A DNA stretch of 46,254 nt, from the NCBI GenBank assembly GCA_001275005.1, contig JWZX01003119.1, positions 1 to 46,254 on the forward strand, in the 5' to 3' direction. The DNA comes from Chrysochromulina tobinii. Its lineage: Eukaryota. Positions 42,201 through 46,254 of this stretch are shown piece by piece. Position 1 is the stretch's first letter. The number at the start of each line of letters is the position of its first letter. A model generated the notes under the pieces. It was not told the DNA's origin and did not search any database. It saw only the letters and a program-made list of their open reading frames with translations. The position numbers and the translations under genes were made by a program.

Positions 42201-43876
42201 GAGATCACCTTTTGGCCTGCCTCGAAGTGCATCTCGACGAAGGCGTCCGCAATCTGGTCGAATCTCGCCTGCGTACAGTCAATCAGTGGCAATCAGTGGC
42301 AATCAGTGGCAATCAGTGGCAATCAGTGGCAATCAGTGGCAATCTGGTCGAATCTCGCCTGCTCGAGCCCCTTGAGGATGCTGATGGCCTTGAGGGCGCG
42401 GCTTATGGCATTGCGCGTATCCATCGCGTCGGTGATCGAGATCTCGCGGTACACCTGACGAGGGAGGCAATCAGAGGTCATCGGAGGTCATCAGAGGCCA
42501 TCGGAGGTCATATGAGGTCATCCTCCGAGGTCATATGAGGTCATCCTCCGAGGTCATCAGAGGTCATCTCCGAGGCCATCCGAGGTCATCAGCGAGGTCA
42601 TCAGCGAGGTCGCGCGAGATGCACACCTTGCGAGGGAGCGCCCATAGCTTCGCCGTGTCCGACGAACACACAACTGATGCCTGGCGCGGCTGATTGTACC
42701 TGATGACGGAGTTCATCACGAACGCCATCAGAGAGGCCATCCACGGCAAATCCGAGAGGCAATCCGAGGTCATCAGAGGTCATCAGCCGCAATCAGCCGC
42801 AATCAGCCGCAATCAGCCGCCATCAGAGAGGCTATCCACGGCAAATCCGAGAGGCAATCCGAGAGGCGATCAGAGGTCATCAGCCGCCATCAGCCGCCAT
42901 CAGCCACCATCAGCCACCATCAGCCACCATCAGCCGCAATCAGCCGCCATCAGCCACCATCAGCCGCAATCAGCCACAATCAGCCGCCATCAGCCACCAC
43001 CATCAGCCGCCATCAGCCGCCATCAGCCTCCATCAGCCTCCATCAGCCGCCATCAGCCGTCTTCACATTCACAGCATACATGAGCCCGAGCTCGCCGAAC
43101 GCGTCGCCCCGCTCACGCATCTGGACGAGCTTCACATGCTCCGAGTCCTCCCACGACGAGAAGCGCGAGACCACCGTCTTCACATTCACAGCCTCGGGGC
43201 GTAGATTCATCTTCGATGCGAGGCTCTCGGAGATTGCGTCGGAGATGGCGGGAGGTTTCCAGCCAACCGCGTGGTTGTTGGCGCGCATGTCGCGGAAGAT
43301 GTGGAAGGTGCCACTGTCCACGACGTAAAAGTTGTCGGTCGCGCCGCCGGAGAGCATCTCGCCTTGCTGGATGACGACCTCATCGCGCGTCGTCTGGACG
43401 GCCACCATCACGTCGATGGTGAGATCTCGCTGGCTCTCGGACATCTCGTTGAACAGGATGCAGCCGTCGATCGCTTTGCGGAGCATCGCGCGTGTGGCTG
43501 GGTCCTTGGCGCCCTGGGACGCTGTGTCCATGAGCACGCGCGTCGACTGGCGGCTCACCATGGCGGACGTATTCTCGCCCACGACGCCCGCGCGGCGCCC
43601 GCGCGAACCTTGACGTTCCAGCAAGCCCTCGATCACCTTGTCGTCGAGCGTCTTCTGGCTGCGCTCGTACGAAAATGTGGTGGTCGTCTGACGCTTGGTC
43701 TTCCTGAAGGAGCTGCTGGAGGAGACGACGGGCCTCTCATCACCCGGAGAGGACAACGGTGCCGCTTTGGCGGGAACGCTGCTTCCGCAGCCCCTGCGCA
43801 CGAGTGTCAGCCAGGGCGATTGAGCAGCGGCAATCGAGGAGCGTGCAACAGGAGCCAGCAGCAGGAGTGCCGACAC
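39265..43876 (-). CDS. Multi-cyclic-nucleotide-binding-domain protein (PKA-R/PKG-like N-half) joined to an ATP-grasp-like C-terminal domain; 12 exons, start codon unresolved
   Basis: RGRRAGVVGE hinge; CNB cassettes FGELGLMYNQPRQAS, FGMRSLLSDEPRAYD and FGERALLRDEPRAAD; partial fourth CNB; then ILVQDF..FELRCFVVNG..FRCDLLI..LELTEMG. Exons (minus) 43876-43080, 42699-42627, 42454-42359, 42268-42209, 42127-42065, 41943-41746, 41658-41563, 41279-41165, 40999-40828, 40676-40550, 40239-39841, 39612-39265; all frame-consistent. Confidence 0.75.
40262..40512 (-). repeat. Intronic 10-bp satellite with two blocks, (GGCCATCAGA)n then (GGCACTCAGA)n
   Basis: About 24 tandem 10-mers with a unit switch at about 40400. 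Confidence 0.95.
41304..41473 (-). repeat. Intronic ~53-bp tandem repeat x~3
   Basis: GAGTTTCGTTACAGTCACAATCACAGGGCCATGCGAGGCTGTGCAGGGCTTTC repeated within intron 41280-41562. Confidence 0.85.
42281..42344 (-). repeat. Intronic perfect 10-bp array (AATCAGTGGC)x6
   Basis: Direct reading; fills a 90-nt GC-AG intron. Confidence 0.95.
42770..43058 (-). repeat. Intronic 10-bp array (CATCAGCCGC / AATCAGCCGC)n
   Basis: Direct reading; intron 42700-43079. Confidence 0.9.
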
Positions 43877-44153
43877 CAGGCACAGCGAGCACGGTTGGCG
43901 AGTCCCGGGAATTTCTCGTACATTGAACAGTTTTCTCAGGATCTATGAAGTACAAAACTTCCAAGCGTGAATAACTGGAAAGTGTGAATGTGGACCCTTA
44001 CGAGTGGACTGAACACAAGACCACCTTGTGTTCTCAGGCGCACATGCCTCTTTCGCGCGCGAGCCCGAGCGTCGAGCTCAGCATGTTTGTAGATGAGGAA
44101 GCTCAGCCACTGATGAGACACCCAACGATGAACCCAGACGTGCCAATGCCGAG

Positions 44154-44933
44154 TCAAGCTGCTGGATGCGCACGCAGCCATGTGGCTGCTTCCTCCTTTG
44201 CGTCGTCGGTGAGATCAACGAGCGAGGCGCTCGCCACCATCGAGTAGTAGCGGCGCGCCATCGTCTCGTCCTTCGGGAAGCCCCAGTCGCCATCAGCGTA
44301 TGCGCGCCCCAGGATGTAGCACGCGTATTCACTGCCGCGTCCGGCGGCGTCCATCAGCAGCGTATTGGCACGCATGGGGCACTTTGGCACGCCATCACCA
44401 TGCAAGTAGCACTCGCCAAGGCAGCCAGTCCCACTTGCATCCCCAGCCTCGTGGCTCTTCTTGTACCACTCGAAAGTCTTGGCCTTGTCCTTTGCGAGGC
44501 CCTTCTGACCATGCTTGTACCAAACTCCCAGTATGAACATCGCCACGCCATGACCAGCCTCGGCATCACGCAGCATCTCCGCCACCTCCCCCTCCTCCTC
44601 CAGCTTCAGCTTCCACGCGTCCACCTTGTCGCCCGTGAGAGCGCCCGAGGTGACCATCGTGCGGATCATGTTCTTGACCTGCAGCGCCGGCTGCAGCCTC
44701 GTGCCCATCGCCAAGTTCGTCACCGGGCTCTTGTGCTGCTGCTTGAGCCACTCCTCGATGGCCGAGCGCTCGTACACCTTGCCGTCCTCCGCCGTGACGG
44801 GGTCGACGGGCAGCGAGAAGGTGATGGGGCAGACGAGCTCGGCAAAGGCCTCCTCCGTGGCGCTCTTGTGTCGGCGCAGCTGCACCGTCGCGTCCTCGGC
44901 CACGGTAGCCTCGCGGCCGCGCTTGGGCGGCAT
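44154..44933 (-). CDS. U-box + Sel1-like repeat protein (putative E3 ligase)
   Basis: ELVCPITFSLPVDPVTAEDGKVYERSAIEEWL...SPVTN (U-box), followed by AMFILGVWYKHG..G..KD...FEWYKKS-type Sel1 repeats. ATG at 44933. Confidence 0.92.
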   Translation of the reverse strand: MPPKRGREATVAEDATVQLRRHKSATEEAFAELVCPITFSLPVDPVTAEDGKVYERSAIEEWLKQQHKSPVTNLAMGTRLQPALQVKNMIRTMVTSGALTGDKVDAWKLKLEEEGEVAEMLRDAEAGHGVAMFILGVWYKHGQKGLAKDKAKTFEWYKKSHEAGDASGTGCLGECYLHGDGVPKCPMRANTLLMDAAGRGSEYACYILGRAYADGDWGFPKDETMARRYYSMVASASLVDLTDDAKEEAATWLRAHPAA

Positions 44934-45056
44934 TTGCTTTCTTGTCGCGGGAACTCTCCTGGCGAACGTAAAGATTTCAAATTTGAGCCATTCTGTAGAG
45001 GAGTGGAAAGCCTCGAGGAACCGCTGCACTTTTGGTGTCTTTATTTCTGATTAATT

Positions 45057-46254
45057 ATGCCCGAAGAGGCGATTTCGGGATGTGTGACCCGACTTCCCTT
45101 CGCCCCGCGACCCCCGACGCCTTCGATGCCATGGGGAACGGCTAAATCCACGCAGGGATCGCCCTCCCTGCCGGCCCTACCGCCGCCAGCAGCGACGAAC
45201 AACCCACGTACTCCGCCGCTGCCACTGCCGTCGACTGGCCCGTACTACGTCTACTCTCCTGGGATGTATGGAGCACCTTCAGCGCCGACGGGCTCTGGAC
45301 GTCGCCAGCTCAGCGGGGTGCTTCCCTCGGGAGCGCGGCTTCGCATCCTCGATCACGAGCACTTTGATTTCGACGTCGTTCAATCTCGTCGCCGTGAGCT
45401 GCAGGGGTCATTCCAGGCTTGTACAGAGGCCGTGAGAATCGTCATCGCCTCGCCCACACCTGCAATCGGCGGCATGGCTGCTACTCACGCTCTCTTGGTG
45501 TTGCTCAACGAGACGATTGCGGCTCTTGCTATTGTATCGTGCCCTGGTTCGACGTTGAGCATGAGCGTCAGCGTCCAAGCTCAGGTTGCCATCGATCCCT
45601 CTGCTGCAGTGCCAGCGGGAATGTCGGTCACGATGTCGCCTCCGCCCTCTCCGCCCTCTCCGCCTCCCTCACCGCCCTCACCGCCCTCTCCGCCCTCTCC
45701 GCCCTCTCCGCCTTCTCCACCTCCGCCCTCTCCGCCTCCGATGCCACCTGCCCTCCCGCCATCGTTGCCGCCGGCGTCGCCGCCACCTTCGGTGCCGCCG
45801 CCCAGCCCTGAGGCTCCTCCTCCTCCAGATCTCCCTCCTCCAGAGCCTTCACGGCCGCCGCCGCCAACGCCAGATCGCCCCCCTCCCACGATCTCCCTCC
45901 TCCAGATCGCCCCCCTCCAGATCTCCCTCCTCCAGATCTCCCCCCTCCGCGTCCACCACCCGGGGCGCCGCCAGCCTCTCCTCCACCGCGGAGCCCACCG
46001 CCTTCTCCCCCGCCACCTCCGCCGCCACCGCCGCCGCCACTGCCGCCTCCGCCGTCGCCACCCCCTCCGTCGCCTCTGTCACCCGAGCCTTCACCTCCCC
46101 CGCCTCCGTCGCCGTCGCCACCTTCGCTCCCGCCAATGTCGCCTCCGCCGCCTCCACCTTCGACTCCCCCACCGCCGTCGCCGCCCCCGCCGTCGCCGCC
46201 GCCGCCGCCCGCTCGCCCGCCTTCGCCTCTACCGCCGTCGCACCCCCCACCATC
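45057..46254 (+). CDS. Pro-rich (extensin-like) protein, truncated by the window end; probable frameshift near 45888
   Basis: Open frame from ATG 45057 through RRQLS/RRRELQ into SPPPSPP and PDLPP repeats. The PDLPP register shifts at about 45886-45890. Confidence 0.55.
   Translation, partial: MPEEAISGCVTRLPFAPRPPTPSMPWGTAKSTQGSPSLPALPPPAATNNPRTPPLPLPSTGPYYVYSPGMYGAPSAPTGSGRRQLSGVLPSGARLRILDHEHFDFDVVQSRRRELQGSFQACTEAVRIVIASPTPAIGGMAATHALLVLLNETIAALAIVSCPGSTLSMSVSVQAQVAIDPSAAVPAGMSVTMSPPPSPPSPPPSPPSPPSPPSPPSPPSPPPPSPPPMPPALPPSLPPASPPPSVPPPSPEAPPPPDLPPPEPSRPPPPTPDRPPPTISLLQIAPLQISLLQISPLRVHHPGRRQPLLHRGAHRLLPRHLRRHRRRHCRLRRRHPLRRLCHPSLHLPRLRRRRHLRSRQCRLRRLHLRLPHRRRRPRRRRRRRPLARLRLYRRRTPHH

Noticed and set aside
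44166..45050. 294-aa plus-strand ORF
   Set aside because: Antisense to the well-supported U-box/Sel1 gene.

Overview
GC-rich, gene-dense eukaryotic nuclear DNA, most likely from a haptophyte alga. This is an inference from a fucoxanthin-chlorophyll LHC gene, 'A-FAP' bipartite plastid presequences and spliceosomal introns. I can support about 19 protein-coding genes: C39/papain-like secreted protein, coiled-coil protein, plastid membrane protein, NHL-repeat membrane protein, ALKBH7, LHC, SPATA17-like IQ protein, Raptor, UBE2W-like E2 with a signal peptide, a weak hypothetical ORF, F-box/LRR protein, 12-exon kinesin-4, 2OG-oxygenase + methyltransferase fusion, ARM-repeat protein, GT25-like protein, Roadblock/LC7 protein, SGNH-like protein, a 12-exon multi-cNMP-binding + ATP-grasp gene, U-box/Sel1 protein and a truncated Pro-rich gene. 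No rRNA, tRNA, CRISPR array or transposase is seen. The most striking signal is in the introns. Many carry copies of their own flanking exons, and three carry a copy of the spliced exon-exon junction. They are filled with ~10-bp CTGAT-core arrays always on the transcribed strand, and they end in 3' modules shared between unrelated genes. Together this looks like recent, mechanistically patterned intron gain. Four small frameshifts are probably assembly errors. Exon coordinates were worked out by hand.
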